A stretch of 64,000 nucleotides of DNA, taken from contig CBFIIT010000001.1 of assembly GCA_965662725.1 (NCBI GenBank), positions 83,350 through 147,349 on the forward strand. The letters run 5' to 3'. This stretch comes from Alphaproteobacteria bacterium (lineage in GTDB: Bacteria; Pseudomonadota; Alphaproteobacteria; RS24). Numbering within the stretch: position 1 is the first letter of the stretch; each line of letters opens with the position of its first letter. Made by a program: the position numbers and the translations under genes. Below, in pieces: positions 40,320 through 50,144 of this stretch. The notes beneath the pieces were generated by a model. That model ran no database searches, was not told the DNA's origin, and worked only from the letters and a program-made list of their open reading frames with translations.

Positions 40320-40819
40320 TGACGATTTCCGCCTATGCGCTGCGATAATTGCAAAACCAATTGCTCGGCAATTTGCTCGCTGATCAATTGTAGGACAATT
40401 TCTTCATCGCGCAATTGATCGGCACCGCTGTCTTGACGGGCAATGGTTTGTGTCTCATTCAGGCTGAAGCTTTGTGCCTTGCCGTTTTCCTTGTCGCGTA
40501 ATTGCACGCGCAGGTTCAAGCCGATTTCAATCCGCTCTGCGACACCGTCCCTATCGACTTGTCGTTTTTGCCGCGCCAGCGTGCTGTCAATAATAAGTCG
40601 ATAGGGCGCCGTATCTGATAATTGATAGCGGCCCTCCAGGGCGCTGCGTAAATTTTGCGCCGCCGGTCCGTTAACTTTCACCGAGGCCAGTGTAATCTGC
40701 CCGCCCTGCATTTTATAAACCGGCGTGAAGCCGCATGCAGCCAATGTGAAAGAGAGCGCACAGATTAGACCCAGAACCATTTGGCGGGCGGTCAAAAGGG
40801 TGCTTGATGTGTCCGCCAT
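40316..40819 (-). CDS. lptE: LPS-assembly lipoprotein LptE
   Basis: The signal peptide has a lipobox (FTLAAC). It has LptE size and position immediately downstream of leuS. The start is set at ATG 40819, because the track extension overlaps leuS. Confidence 0.72.
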   Translation of the reverse strand: MADTSSTLLTARQMVLGLICALSFTLAACGFTPVYKMQGGQITLASVKVNGPAAQNLRSALEGRYQLSDTAPYRLIIDSTLARQKRQVDRDGVAERIEIGLNLRVQLRDKENGKAQSFSLNETQTIARQDSGADQLRDEEIVLQLISEQIAEQLVLQLSQRIGGNRQ

Positions 40820-40871
40820 TTTGGCACTGAAGCGGGTTGGCAGTGCTGTGACCGCCGTGTTCGCTGCGGGT

Positions 40872-43445
40872 TTAGCCGACCACCAAATTGACAATTCGCC
40901 CGGGGACGATAATGGTTTTTTTAATCTCTTGCCCATCAATGAATTTCTCCACTGCCGGCTCAGCCAGCGCAATCGCTTCAATCATATCCTGATTGGCATC
41001 TGCCGGCACGGAAATTTCGGCCCGCTTTTTACCGTTTATCTGAACCGGCAGGCTCACACTATCGGCGATTAAAACGCTTTCATCCGCCAGCGGCCACGGC
41101 GCATTGGCGACCAGCCCTTTCCGGCCCAATTTTTGCCAGCCGCTTTCTGCTAAATGCGGCATCATCGGGGCCAATAATTGCGCCAAAACACCAAGCGCAT
41201 ACTGGCGCGTTGCATTGGCTTGCGCCCCTTCAGCTTTAAATCCGGCAATCGCATTGACCAATTCATAAAGCTTGGCAACGGCGCGATTAAAACCCAAAGC
41301 GGTTAAATCATCGCCAATACCCTTAACCGCCGCTTGCACATTTTTATAAAGCTGCAGACAGCTTTCATCTTCCGGCACGGCAAATTTTTCATTTTGCGCA
41401 TCTGCACCCGCTGTCTCGAACAATCGCCAGACGCGCTGCACAAAACGCCATGCCCCCTCGACACCATCTTGTGTCCATTGCACATCGCGCTCGGGCGGGC
41501 TGTCAGACAACATAAACCAGCGCGCCGTATCAGCCCCATAGCGGGCGATAATATCATCCGGGTCGACGACGTTTTTCTTCGATTTGGACATTTTCTCAAC
41601 CGCGCCGATTTTCACCTTAATGGTTTCATCGGCTGCCAATACGGCCTGCTTGTCACGGCGAATAATATCTGACGGGGCCAGCCAATTTCCGTCGCCATCT
41701 TGATAGGTTTCATGACAGACCATACCTTGCGTAAACAATCCGTCAAACGGCTCATCAAGACCGACATGGCCGGTTTTATGCATGGCGCGGGTAAAAAAGC
41801 GCGAATACAGCAAATGCAAAATCGCATGCTCAATGCCGCCAATATATTGATCGACCGGCAACCAATAATCGACGGCCGCAATATCGGTCGGGCCGTCTTC
41901 AATCGGCGCGGCAAAGCGGGCGAAGTACCAGCTACTGTCAATAAAAGTGTCAAATGTATCAGTTTCGCGCTGTGCCGGTTTGCCACAAGACGGACAATCA
42001 ACATGTTTCCAACTGGGGTGATGGTCGAGCGGATTGCCGGGTTTTTCAAAACTGATATCTTCGGGCAAAGTTACCGGCAGCGCGTCGCGCGGCACCGGCA
42101 CAGTGCCGCAATCATCGCACAGCACTATCGGTATCGGGCATCCCCAATAACGTTGCCGCGAAATGCCCCAATCGCGAAGGCGAAAATTAACCCGTTTTTT
42201 GCCAAGCTTATCGGCCTCAAATTCAGCAATCAGTTTATCGCGCGCATCGGCCGGGCTCATCCCGTTCAGCGCCGCCGAATTAACCATCACCCCGTCGCCC
42301 GTATAGGCGGTATCGGTGACGGTGAAATCAGCTTCATCTTTCGGGCGCACAACCGTGCGCACCGGCAAGTCATATTTCAACGCAAAATCCAAATCGCGCT
42401 GGTCATGCGCCGGACAGGCAAAAACTGCGCCCGTGCCATATCCCATTAAAACAAAATTGGCGACATAGACCGGCAAATGCCAATCTTCATCCAGCGGATG
42501 ATGGACAAAAAGACCGGTATCAAAACCGAGTTTTTCTCCCGCCTCAATATCCGCTTCCGAAGTGCCGCGGCGCGCGCATTCGGCCCGGAATTCAGCCAAG
42601 CTTTGATTGTCTTTGGCCAGGTCAATGGCCAGCGGATGGTCCGGTGAAATGGCACAAAAACTGGCCCCATATAATGTATCGGGGCGGGTGGTATATATTT
42701 CCAGACGCTCATGCACCCCATGGCTTTGGGTCAAGCGAAATGCACATTCCAAACCTTCCGACCGACCGATCCAATTGGCCTGCATCAGCCGTACTTTTTC
42801 CGGCCAGCGCTCAAGCCCATCCAGCGCGGTTAATAAGTCATCGGCAAATTCTGAAATGCGCAAAAACCATTGCGTCAATTTTTTCTGCTCAACCGGTGCG
42901 CCCGAGCGCCAGCCCTTGCCGTCAATTACCTGCTCATTGGCCAGAACCGTCATATCGACCGGGTCCCAATTGACGATGCTTTCGCGTCGGTCGACCAAGC
43001 CGGCTTGCACAAAGTCGAGAAACATGGCTTGCTCATGGCCGTAATAAGACGCATCGCAAGTAGCAAATTCGCGGCTCCAATCAATCGATAGGCCAAGCTT
43101 TTTCAATTGCCCGCGCATCGCGTCAATATTGTCATAAGTCCAACTGGCCGGATGGGTGTTTTTCTCCATGGCGGCATTTTCGGCCGGCATGCCGAATGCA
43201 TCCCAGCCCATCGGATGCAGCACATTATAGCCTTGCGCTTTTTTAAACCGCGCCACCACATCGCCCATTGCATAATTGCGCACATGGCCCATATGGATGC
43301 GCCCCGATGGATAAGGGAACATTTCCAAGACGTAATATTTTGGCTTGTCTTTATCGGCCTCGGCTTTAAAGCAATCGGCTGCTTCCCAAGCGGCCTGCCA
43401 ATGGCTTTCGTGCTCGTCGGGTTGATAGCGTGACGCGTCACTCAT
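40872..43445 (-). CDS. leuS: Leucine--tRNA ligase
   Basis: 857 aa. [15 protein letters not shown] is the HIGH motif and KMSKSKKN is the KMSKS motif. Confidence 0.98.
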   Translation of the reverse strand: MSDASRYQPDEHESHWQAAWEAADCFKAEADKDKPKYYVLEMFPYPSGRIHMGHVRNYAMGDVVARFKKAQGYNVLHPMGWDAFGMPAENAAMEKNTHPASWTYDNIDAMRGQLKKLGLSIDWSREFATCDASYYGHEQAMFLDFVQAGLVDRRESIVNWDPVDMTVLANEQVIDGKGWRSGAPVEQKKLTQWFLRISEFADDLLTALDGLERWPEKVRLMQANWIGRSEGLECAFRLTQSHGVHERLEIYTTRPDTLYGASFCAISPDHPLAIDLAKDNQSLAEFRAECARRGTSEADIEAGEKLGFDTGLFVHHPLDEDWHLPVYVANFVLMGYGTGAVFACPAHDQRDLDFALKYDLPVRTVVRPKDEADFTVTDTAYTGDGVMVNSAALNGMSPADARDKLIAEFEADKLGKKRVNFRLRDWGISRQRYWGCPIPIVLCDDCGTVPVPRDALPVTLPEDISFEKPGNPLDHHPSWKHVDCPSCGKPAQRETDTFDTFIDSSWYFARFAAPIEDGPTDIAAVDYWLPVDQYIGGIEHAILHLLYSRFFTRAMHKTGHVGLDEPFDGLFTQGMVCHETYQDGDGNWLAPSDIIRRDKQAVLAADETIKVKIGAVEKMSKSKKNVVDPDDIIARYGADTARWFMLSDSPPERDVQWTQDGVEGAWRFVQRVWRLFETAGADAQNEKFAVPEDESCLQLYKNVQAAVKGIGDDLTALGFNRAVAKLYELVNAIAGFKAEGAQANATRQYALGVLAQLLAPMMPHLAESGWQKLGRKGLVANAPWPLADESVLIADSVSLPVQINGKKRAEISVPADANQDMIEAIALAEPAVEKFIDGQEIKKTIIVPGRIVNLVVG

Positions 43446-43454
43446 TGAAAATGC

Positions 43455-44018
43455 CTAACGGGTGGCTGTGGCCAAATCGCGGGCCCGGGTCAAAATAATG
43501 TTTTCCATTTGCCGCGCCGCTTTTGAAGAGGCGGCCAGAGAGAGATATTGATTGCCGACCCGCTTTTCACGGAAAATCGAAACCCGCAATGCATCGGCGC
43601 GCAATTCAAGACCGCTAATCACCAAATTTATTTTCACTCTTTCGCCCGGCGCGCCCGGATCATTATACCAATCCGTAATAATCACGCCGCCAATCGGGTC
43701 GGCGCTGGCCAAGGGCATGAAAGACAGTGTGTCGAGGCTGGCCTCCCATAAAACCGCATTGACGCCGAGCCCGCCGCGCATCGGCGCTATCGTGACGGCG
43801 CCCTCACTTTCAGTGCTGTCGCTTTCGGCTTTGGCTGGCGTAGATTTTTCATCGCCACCTTTAAACAAGTCCAAAAGCGAGCCGCCATCGTCAAATGTGC
43901 CGGAATTGTTTTCCGGATAATCTTGCGTCGCTTGTAAGGGCGCGCAAGAGGCAAGCGCCATAGCGGTTAAAAAGACTGCCAGCGGCAGCGATGTTTTTGT
44001 CATTTTTTGTGCAAACAT
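43455..44018 (-). CDS. DUF3576-type lipoprotein
   Basis: The signal peptide has a lipobox (LASC). The conserved region PIGGVIITDWY resembles DUF3576 proteins, which commonly lie upstream of leuS in alphaproteobacteria. Confidence 0.65.
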   Translation of the reverse strand: MFAQKMTKTSLPLAVFLTAMALASCAPLQATQDYPENNSGTFDDGGSLLDLFKGGDEKSTPAKAESDSTESEGAVTIAPMRGGLGVNAVLWEASLDTLSFMPLASADPIGGVIITDWYNDPGAPGERVKINLVISGLELRADALRVSIFREKRVGNQYLSLAASSKAARQMENIILTRARDLATATR

Positions 44019-44105
44019 TTTCAGGCAAAACCTCGTGAAACTATTGGCTAATCAGTATTATGAGAAATGCCAAAAGTAAAGGGGATTGGCTTTATTATGG
44101 TTTTA

Positions 44106-44678
44106 TTATGCGCCCTCCGCATCGGCAAAATAATCAATTGCCGCCCATCCATATATCGCCTGCGCGCCGCCTAGGCGTTGATAATGCTGCGGGTTCATTC
44201 CGCCGAGCGCATAAACCCGCAACCTCAAACGACGCGCCAGCTCAAATAAATATTGCCCCCGTATCGCGCCCAAGCCGCGCGCGCCTTTATGGCTGGCTGT
44301 CTCAAAAACCGGAGATATGAAAACCGTATCAAAACCGGCTTTATGAGCGGCCGATAATTCCATCATATTATGAACTGCTGCCATATCACCTATTTTCGGC
44401 ACCCCGCCCCGCGCGGCGGCGCGAGAAATCAAATAAGACGGACAATGAAATTGCGCATGAAAGCGTTGCGCCAAAGCGCGGTCACCGGCAATAGCCAAGG
44501 CGCGGCCTTGCTTGCGGCAGGCTTTCGCCATTTCAGCGGCCAGCAATTGTCGTTGCGGCAAATGATAATCACGCAACACCAAACCGACATGGCGCGGCTG
44601 GCGCGAAAGGGCAGCACGCCAATCCGGCAAGCGCACCGCATCGCTGAACATCCAAATTTTTGGCCGGGGCGTAAACAT
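44106..44678 (-). CDS. Thiamine-phosphate synthase family protein
   Basis: About 190 aa from ATG 44678. It has TIM-barrel ThiE-like features (VFISPVFETASH, VYALGGM). Its enzymatic role is not established from sequence alone. Confidence 0.65.
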   Translation of the reverse strand: MFTPRPKIWMFSDAVRLPDWRAALSRQPRHVGLVLRDYHLPQRQLLAAEMAKACRKQGRALAIAGDRALAQRFHAQFHCPSYLISRAAARGGVPKIGDMAAVHNMMELSAAHKAGFDTVFISPVFETASHKGARGLGAIRGQYLFELARRLRLRVYALGGMNPQHYQRLGGAQAIYGWAAIDYFADAEGA

Positions 44679-44755
44679 GGCGCATAATTTGGCCGCTTCA
44701 TGCGCGTATGGCAAGAGATGAGACGCCAAACACAGGACATGATATATAAAGTGCC

Positions 44756-45454
44756 ATGACAAAGACCCATTCAAACGACTCCCATCAAACCCTTGAGGCA
44801 CGCCGCGCCGACATTATCAAGCGGATGCAAGCGGCGGCCAATATGGCCGGACGTCCGGCAGATGAGGTAACGCTTTTGGCGATTTCCAAAACGCAACCGG
44901 CTGAGATAATTTCTGAAGCTTTGGCGCTCGGCTATCGTCATTTCGGTGAAAACCGCGTGCAGGAGGCGGCCGATAAATGGCCCTCTTTAAAAGCCGCTTA
45001 TGACGATATTGAATTGCATTTGGTCGGCCCGCTTCAGACCAATAAGGTGAAAGAAGCCATTGCCCTATTTGATGTTATCCAAACATTGGATCGCGAAAAG
45101 CTGGCGCGTAAATTGGCGGCGCTGAAAGACAACCCCGCATTTCCGACGCTTTATGTGCAGGTCAATACCGGCAATGAGCCGCAAAAATCCGGTGTCAAAC
45201 CGGCTGAACTAGCCGCTTTTCTAGCGCTTTGCCAGGATGAGCTGGGGCTTGAGATCAGCGGGCTTATGTGTTTGCCGCCGGTCGATGAGGCGGCCGGCCC
45301 GCATTTTGCGTTGCTGGGCAAATTGGCCGCGGCGCATAATATGGCTGCTTTATCTATGGGGATGAGCGGTGATTTTGAAACGGCGATTGGCCTCGGTGCG
45401 ACGCATATTCGTCTCGGCACAGCGCTTTTTGGGCCACGCGATAAAACGGCTTAA
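44756..45454 (+). CDS. yggS: YggS-family pyridoxal-phosphate homeostasis protein
   Basis: LLAISKTQP contains the PLP lysine, and HFGENRVQE, LHLVGPLQTNK and LSMGMSGDFETAI are also present. Confidence 0.9.
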   Translation: MTKTHSNDSHQTLEARRADIIKRMQAAANMAGRPADEVTLLAISKTQPAEIISEALALGYRHFGENRVQEAADKWPSLKAAYDDIELHLVGPLQTNKVKEAIALFDVIQTLDREKLARKLAALKDNPAFPTLYVQVNTGNEPQKSGVKPAELAAFLALCQDELGLEISGLMCLPPVDEAAGPHFALLGKLAAAHNMAALSMGMSGDFETAIGLGATHIRLGTALFGPRDKTA

Positions 45455-45975
45455 CCGCCGCGCACCTCAAGAAAACCACCTAAAGCCGCATTGCCAAGCA
45501 CAAATTGCATGGCTTGTTTGTCAATCGCGACACAGCCCAAAGTCGGGCGATAATTGTTTTTTTCCAAATGCAGAAATATCGCACTTCCCGCGCCTTTTTT
45601 CGGCGGCGCATCATTATGGCCCAGCTCGACCAGCACATCATAGAGCCGGTCGTGCCGCCATAGCCGTTCATGCGAAAAGCGACAAGGACGGGTGATGGGG
45701 CGATTGTAAAAACCCGCCCTCACATCATCACACCAGCCGCTTTTCTGCTGGATAATTGATATTGGCAGTGCCGTTTGGGGTCGTTTAATACGGTCGGCGC
45801 GATACCAGACGCGGCGTAAGGCAAAGCGTCCGAGCGGGGTTTTGCCATCGCCTTCTCGCTTTTCTTCGGTCACACCGGCATGGCCCAGCGCGCAACGGGT
45901 TTGGAAATGGCCGCATCGCAAAACCCCTTTTTGCGGATTGGCGGCGTGGGCGGTAACAATTATCGGTCGTATCAT
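45451..45975 (-). CDS. L,D-transpeptidase-fold (YkuD) protein
   Basis: GSAIFLHLEKNNYRPTLGCVAI is the catalytic His/Cys motif of YkuD domains. No signal peptide is evident. Confidence 0.78.
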   Translation of the reverse strand: MIRPIIVTAHAANPQKGVLRCGHFQTRCALGHAGVTEEKREGDGKTPLGRFALRRVWYRADRIKRPQTALPISIIQQKSGWCDDVRAGFYNRPITRPCRFSHERLWRHDRLYDVLVELGHNDAPPKKGAGSAIFLHLEKNNYRPTLGCVAIDKQAMQFVLGNAALGGFLEVRGG

Positions 45976-46152
45976 GGCGACAGATTAACACGGTTTATGC
46001 GCTAGTGTCGTTATCGCCTATCGGCACCAGCTATTAAACGGCTGCGAAATATGCTATTTGAAAGAGCCGGGCTCGGCCCTGGCAGCGTTTGTTTTCGGTT
46101 TCCCTGTTGTTTCCGGCGCGCGAAACGGGCAAGCTTGTTTTATTGGGACACT

Positions 46153-46842
46153 ATGGCAGCACAGCAAAAAATATTACTGGTAGAAGATGATGACACTTTG
46201 GCTGAATTATTGGCCGAGCAATTATCCTTGCATGATGAATTTGCTTTAATGCAGGCCGAGACCGCGGCACAAGCGCTGGCGGTAACCGCGAGCGAAAAAT
46301 TTGATTTAATTCTCTTGGATGTCGGCCTGCCCGATCAAGACGGCCGTGAGACCTGCAAGATTTTGCGCAAAAACAATATTACCGCGCCGATCATCATGCT
46401 GACCGGCGCGGCCAGCGAAGCAGATATGATTTTGGGCTTGGATGCCGGGGCCAATGATTATGTGACCAAGCCGTTTAAGTTCGGCGTTTTACTGGCGCGC
46501 ATGCGGGCGCATTTGCGCAATCATGAATTAACCGAAACGGCAGAGTTGAAAATCGGCCCCTATGCCTTCAAGCCATTGGTCAAAATATTGCAAACCGAAA
46601 GCGGTGATAAAATTCGTCTGACCGAAAAAGAAACCAATATTTTGAAATTTTTGCACCGCGCCAAGGGGGCTGCCGTATCGCGCGATAAATTATTGGATGA
46701 GGTATGGGGCTATAATGCGCAAGTCTCAACCCATACGCTGGAAACGCATATTTATCGGCTGCGTCGTAAAATAGAAGCCGACCCAAGCGACGCAAAATTA
46801 TTACGCACCACTGAGGGTGGCTATAGCTTGCAGGCCGAATAG
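46153..46842 (+). CDS. OmpR/PhoB-family response regulator (orphan; no adjacent histidine kinase)
   Basis: The receiver domain has LLVEDDD and DLILLDVGLPDQDG (phospho-acceptor Asp). The C-terminal winged-helix domain has THTLETHIYRLRRKIE. The start is set at ATG 46153. Confidence 0.9.
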   Translation: MAAQQKILLVEDDDTLAELLAEQLSLHDEFALMQAETAAQALAVTASEKFDLILLDVGLPDQDGRETCKILRKNNITAPIIMLTGAASEADMILGLDAGANDYVTKPFKFGVLLARMRAHLRNHELTETAELKIGPYAFKPLVKILQTESGDKIRLTEKETNILKFLHRAKGAAVSRDKLLDEVWGYNAQVSTHTLETHIYRLRRKIEADPSDAKLLRTTEGGYSLQAE

Positions 46843-46843
46843 C

Positions 46844-47323
46844 TTATTTGGTGAAGGCCGCTTCCGCCCCATCAATTTGCGGATAACCCGAAACATAATC
46901 TTCATGCATGCGGATGGCGCGGGCGGTAGAGATTTTCATTGCCACAAATTGCGTCATGCCGCGCGCCAATTCGCGCCCGTCTCCGGCCAATAATTGAAAC
47001 CGGCGGCGCAGCTTTAAACGCCCATCATTAAGGCTTATCCATGTGCCGATATGCACTTGCTCACCGGCCAGTGCGGCATCGCGATAATCAATCTCATGGC
47101 GGGTCACCACAAAGCCGCAATCGCGCGCTTGAAAAGCGGCGAAGTCAAACCCCAAATATTTCGAGTGTTCCCAAGCGGTGCGCGCCATCCAGCCGAGATA
47201 GACGACATTATTGACATGGTTGAAATCATCAATATCGCGGTCGCGCACTTTTGTGGTCAGAATATATTGCGGCGGCAAGTGCCAGCCGGATAGGGTTTTC
47301 GGATCGTTTTCGGAATTTTGCAT
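46844..47323 (-). CDS. Acyl-CoA thioesterase, 4HBT/YbgC-like hotdog fold
   Basis: 159 aa. VRDRDIDDFNHVNNVVYLGWM is the typical 4HBT catalytic-Asp region. Confidence 0.8.
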   Translation of the reverse strand: MQNSENDPKTLSGWHLPPQYILTTKVRDRDIDDFNHVNNVVYLGWMARTAWEHSKYLGFDFAAFQARDCGFVVTRHEIDYRDAALAGEQVHIGTWISLNDGRLKLRRRFQLLAGDGRELARGMTQFVAMKISTARAIRMHEDYVSGYPQIDGAEAAFTK

Positions 47324-47428
47324 AGCGGTAGATTAGCAGGCTGCTTGCCGACTTGCCAGCCATGCGGCTTGCACCTAGTGTCAGGGCTCGAGAGAAATCA
47401 GATGAGTGTCGACCGGAGACGAAAGATT

Positions 47429-47923
47429 ATGAGTGCAACCGCGATTAATGTTGCCATGCTGGGTACCAGCCGCGATGGTTTTGAAACAGAGAGTGAAAAT
47501 TGGCCGCCCAATGTAAAGGCGGCGCATGATAAGCCCTCGCCGACATCGGCTCATTTGGGGCTGGAATTGCTGGCCGTTGATAAGGCGGGCGGCAGTGTTG
47601 AAATGGCGTTTAATGCCGGCGACCAGCTTTGCAATAAATGGGGCGGCATTCAGGGCGGTAATGTTGCCGCCATGTTGGATGATGCCATGGCCTTTGCCAT
47701 TGGCCTCAATCTCGATTGGGGGCAGATTAGCCCGACTTTGGAATTGAAAGTATCCATGTTGGCGCCGGCGCGGCCGGGACGCCTCTATGCGACCGGTCAA
47801 GTGGTGCGCCGCGGCCGTTCGGTCGGCTTTGTCGAGGGCGCGCTTTATGATGCGGAAGGGCAATTGCTGGCCACCGGCTCATCAACCGCCAATTTTGTGA
47901 CGTTGAAGAAACGCGATAAATAA
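47429..47923 (+). CDS. PaaI-family thioesterase (hotdog fold)
   Basis: GGIQGGNVAAMLDDAMAFA is the PaaI/DUF4442-type motif. ATG 47429 is preceded by GGAGA at 9 nt, and ATG 47402 is an alternative. Confidence 0.75.
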   Translation: MSATAINVAMLGTSRDGFETESENWPPNVKAAHDKPSPTSAHLGLELLAVDKAGGSVEMAFNAGDQLCNKWGGIQGGNVAAMLDDAMAFAIGLNLDWGQISPTLELKVSMLAPARPGRLYATGQVVRRGRSVGFVEGALYDAEGQLLATGSSTANFVTLKKRDK

Positions 47924-47947
47924 CACCGAACAAAATAGGAGAGCGAC

Positions 47948-48538
47948 ATGGCGCATATGAAAATTGCCACTGACGAAAAACTGGACGCTGTCAAAGATGA
48001 ATTGGCGCTGGCGGCGGCGGTGATGGGTTTTGAGGCCAATAGCTTGAAAATTATGGCGCATCGGCCGGAAATTTTGCGCGGCTTTATGGCTTTATCGGCA
48101 TCGATTTTGGGCCCTGACGGTATTTTGCCGCCGGGTTTGCGGCAAATGATTGCCTATTTGGCCAGCGCGACGGCGGGGTGTAATTATTGCCAGGCGCATA
48201 CCGCGCATGGTGCGCATGAGCGCGGTGTCGAGACACAAAAAATTGAAAATATCTGGGCATATGAAAGCAGCGATTTGTTTTCTGAAGCCGAGCGCGCCGC
48301 TTTGAGTTTGGCACAAGCCGGTGCGGGCCTACCCAATCGCGCGACACAAGCGCATTTTGACGCGCTGGCGCCGCATTTTAACGAGGCGGAAATTTGCGAA
48401 ATTGTTGCGACCGTTTCGCTGTTTGGCTTTCTCAATCGGTGGAATGACACGCTGGCGACACCGCTTGAGGACAGCCCTTTGGCTTTTGCCGAAGCGCATT
48501 TAACCGCCGGCAATTGGAAACCGGAGCGGCATAAATAG
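47948..48538 (+). CDS. Carboxymuconolactone decarboxylase / AhpD-like peroxidase-related protein
   Basis: 196 aa. The CMD-domain motif is GCNYCQAHT (CxxC followed by His). Confidence 0.8.
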   Translation: MAHMKIATDEKLDAVKDELALAAAVMGFEANSLKIMAHRPEILRGFMALSASILGPDGILPPGLRQMIAYLASATAGCNYCQAHTAHGAHERGVETQKIENIWAYESSDLFSEAERAALSLAQAGAGLPNRATQAHFDALAPHFNEAEICEIVATVSLFGFLNRWNDTLATPLEDSPLAFAEAHLTAGNWKPERHK

Positions 48539-48551
48539 CGTATAGTCATTC

Positions 48552-49811
48552 ATGAGTGAGCCAATGTCCAAAACCGGCGGCCATAAATCCGAATGGCGGC
48601 TGCGGCAAGTAACCGATGAGTTAAACGCGCGTCCGTTTCCGCGCTTTTCCCTGCCGACTGCGATTTTTCGTCTTTGTCTTTCCGGCGATGAGGCGTTTGA
48701 CGGTTTGCGCGCCCTATTGGAAGGGATGTTGCCGGATCTCGATTGGGATGGCGGCGGTCGGCTGATGCGCACCAGGCTGGGCGATGTGCAGTTCAATATT
48801 GAGCGGCATACGGAATTCATCTCGCTGACCTTAATAGATGAAAAAGCCGAACAAGGTTCGGCGGCACAGCATTTGCCGGAAGACTGGGCATCAAAAACCC
48901 GCGGCGAGATTGTCGTGGCGGTGGATTGCCAATGCAGCATAAGCGGCGCGGCGCGAGATGGCTGGACATGCGCCAGCACTTTGGATAACGGGCTGGCCGA
49001 TGTGTTCTTCGATTTTAAAGTGGCGGAAGACGGGCACACGAAAATCGCTTTGGATTTTGCCGCCGATACGGATGTGCGCGATATTGGCCGCATTGCCTTG
49101 CAAGTTATGGAAATAGAGACCTATCGTTCTTTTGCCGCTATTGGCTTGCCCTTGGCGCGCGCCGCGCAGGCACAAATGACCGAAATCGCCGCGCGTGTGC
49201 CGACAGCAGCGGAAAGCATGGGCGATGCTAATGGCGCGGCGGCGGAAAGCGCGCGCTTCTCTGTGCTCAGCGGTTTGACCGGCGAGTTGGAAGATGTATG
49301 GCGGCGCACTTCATTTCGATTTGCAGCTTGCAGCGCCTATTGGGATTTGGTGACGGCGCGCTTGGCGCAGCTAAATGAAAAAGCCTTTGATAATCGCATC
49401 ACGGTTGGCGGGTTTTTGGAGCGCCGCTTGCAGCCGGCGATTGCCACCTATAATGCGACCGAGCGTCGTCGCCATGATTTGGTCGAGCAAATTGCCGCCA
49501 TGACCGGCCTTTTGCAGACCCGCATTGAACTGGATATGCAGCAGCAAAATGCCGATCTTTTAACCTCTTTAAACCATGCAGCGGAACGCCAATTGCGTTT
49601 GCAGCATACGGTGGAGGGTGTCTCGACCGTTGCGATTTCTTATTATTTGGTCAATTTATTGGATGCGCCGGCCGCCTATTTAATCGCCGCCATGCCATGG
49701 CTTGACCCGCTGGTCGTGCGCATGGCTTTGGTGGCCATTGCCGTGCCCGTGGTATGGCTATTAATCCGCCGCTTGCTGCGGGCAACTGTCGGGCGCGATA
49801 AGAAAGAATAG
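48552..49811 (+). CDS. DUF3422-type membrane-anchored protein of unknown function
   Basis: 419 aa. It has a large soluble N-terminal region and two C-terminal TM helices (VSTVAISYYLVNLL; VVRMALVAIAVPVVWLLI). It resembles DUF3422 by overall architecture. The family assignment is from memory and was not searched. Confidence 0.65.
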   Translation: MSEPMSKTGGHKSEWRLRQVTDELNARPFPRFSLPTAIFRLCLSGDEAFDGLRALLEGMLPDLDWDGGGRLMRTRLGDVQFNIERHTEFISLTLIDEKAEQGSAAQHLPEDWASKTRGEIVVAVDCQCSISGAARDGWTCASTLDNGLADVFFDFKVAEDGHTKIALDFAADTDVRDIGRIALQVMEIETYRSFAAIGLPLARAAQAQMTEIAARVPTAAESMGDANGAAAESARFSVLSGLTGELEDVWRRTSFRFAACSAYWDLVTARLAQLNEKAFDNRITVGGFLERRLQPAIATYNATERRRHDLVEQIAAMTGLLQTRIELDMQQQNADLLTSLNHAAERQLRLQHTVEGVSTVAISYYLVNLLDAPAAYLIAAMPWLDPLVVRMALVAIAVPVVWLLIRRLLRATVGRDKKE

Positions 49812-49827
49812 ATTTTAGAGAAGTTTC

Positions 49828-49902
49828 TGGAGCGGGCGATGAGATTCGAACTCACGACCCCAACCTTGGCAAGGTTGTGCTCTACCCCTGAGCTACGCCC
49901 GC
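49828..49902 (-). tRNA. tRNA-Gly (anticodon GCC), CCA-encoded
   Basis: The reverse complement is GCGGGCG TA GCTC AGGGGTA GAGC A CAACC TTGCCAA GGTTG GGGTC GTGAG TTCGAAT CTCAT CGCCCGC T CCA. It folds as a canonical cloverleaf with a 7-bp acceptor stem, a GTTCGAAT T-loop and anticodon GCC. Confidence 0.93.
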
Positions 49903-50144
49903 AATGCCAGAACGCCCAAGCTTATGCACCATCGCCGCTCATTTGACAAGCGTCATCTTATCAAGAGATAGTAAATCCCATGTTTTTCATGGCGGCATTT
50001 TGCCCCCTTGGAAAAACCACATTAACTGCCCATTTACGGTATAGAGAAACGACACCCGTTAACCGAATTGGGGCGCCAAATTAAGGCCCTTTTATAAACC
50101 AAGACCGACGCCGCTTGCGACAAGCCGCAAAGCCAGAGGATAAA

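Noticed and set aside
46844-49902. This region could be a genomic island integrated at tRNA-Gly(GCC).
   Set aside because: There is no integrase, recombinase or phage gene. I found no direct repeat of the tRNA 3-prime end in the adjacent 3 kb. There is no visible compositional or codon-usage break. The gene content is ordinary metabolic and stress genes.
49903-50144. The 242-bp spacer between tRNA-Gly and the ybbN-like gene could encode an sRNA or small protein.
   Set aside because: The small ORFs of 22 and 34 codons lack Shine-Dalgarno sequences. I saw no terminator-like hairpin and no recognisable conserved RNA motif (SRP, 6S or tmRNA). The spacer most simply contains the divergent promoters of the tRNA (possible TTGTCA-N17-CATAAG on the minus strand) and of ybbN.
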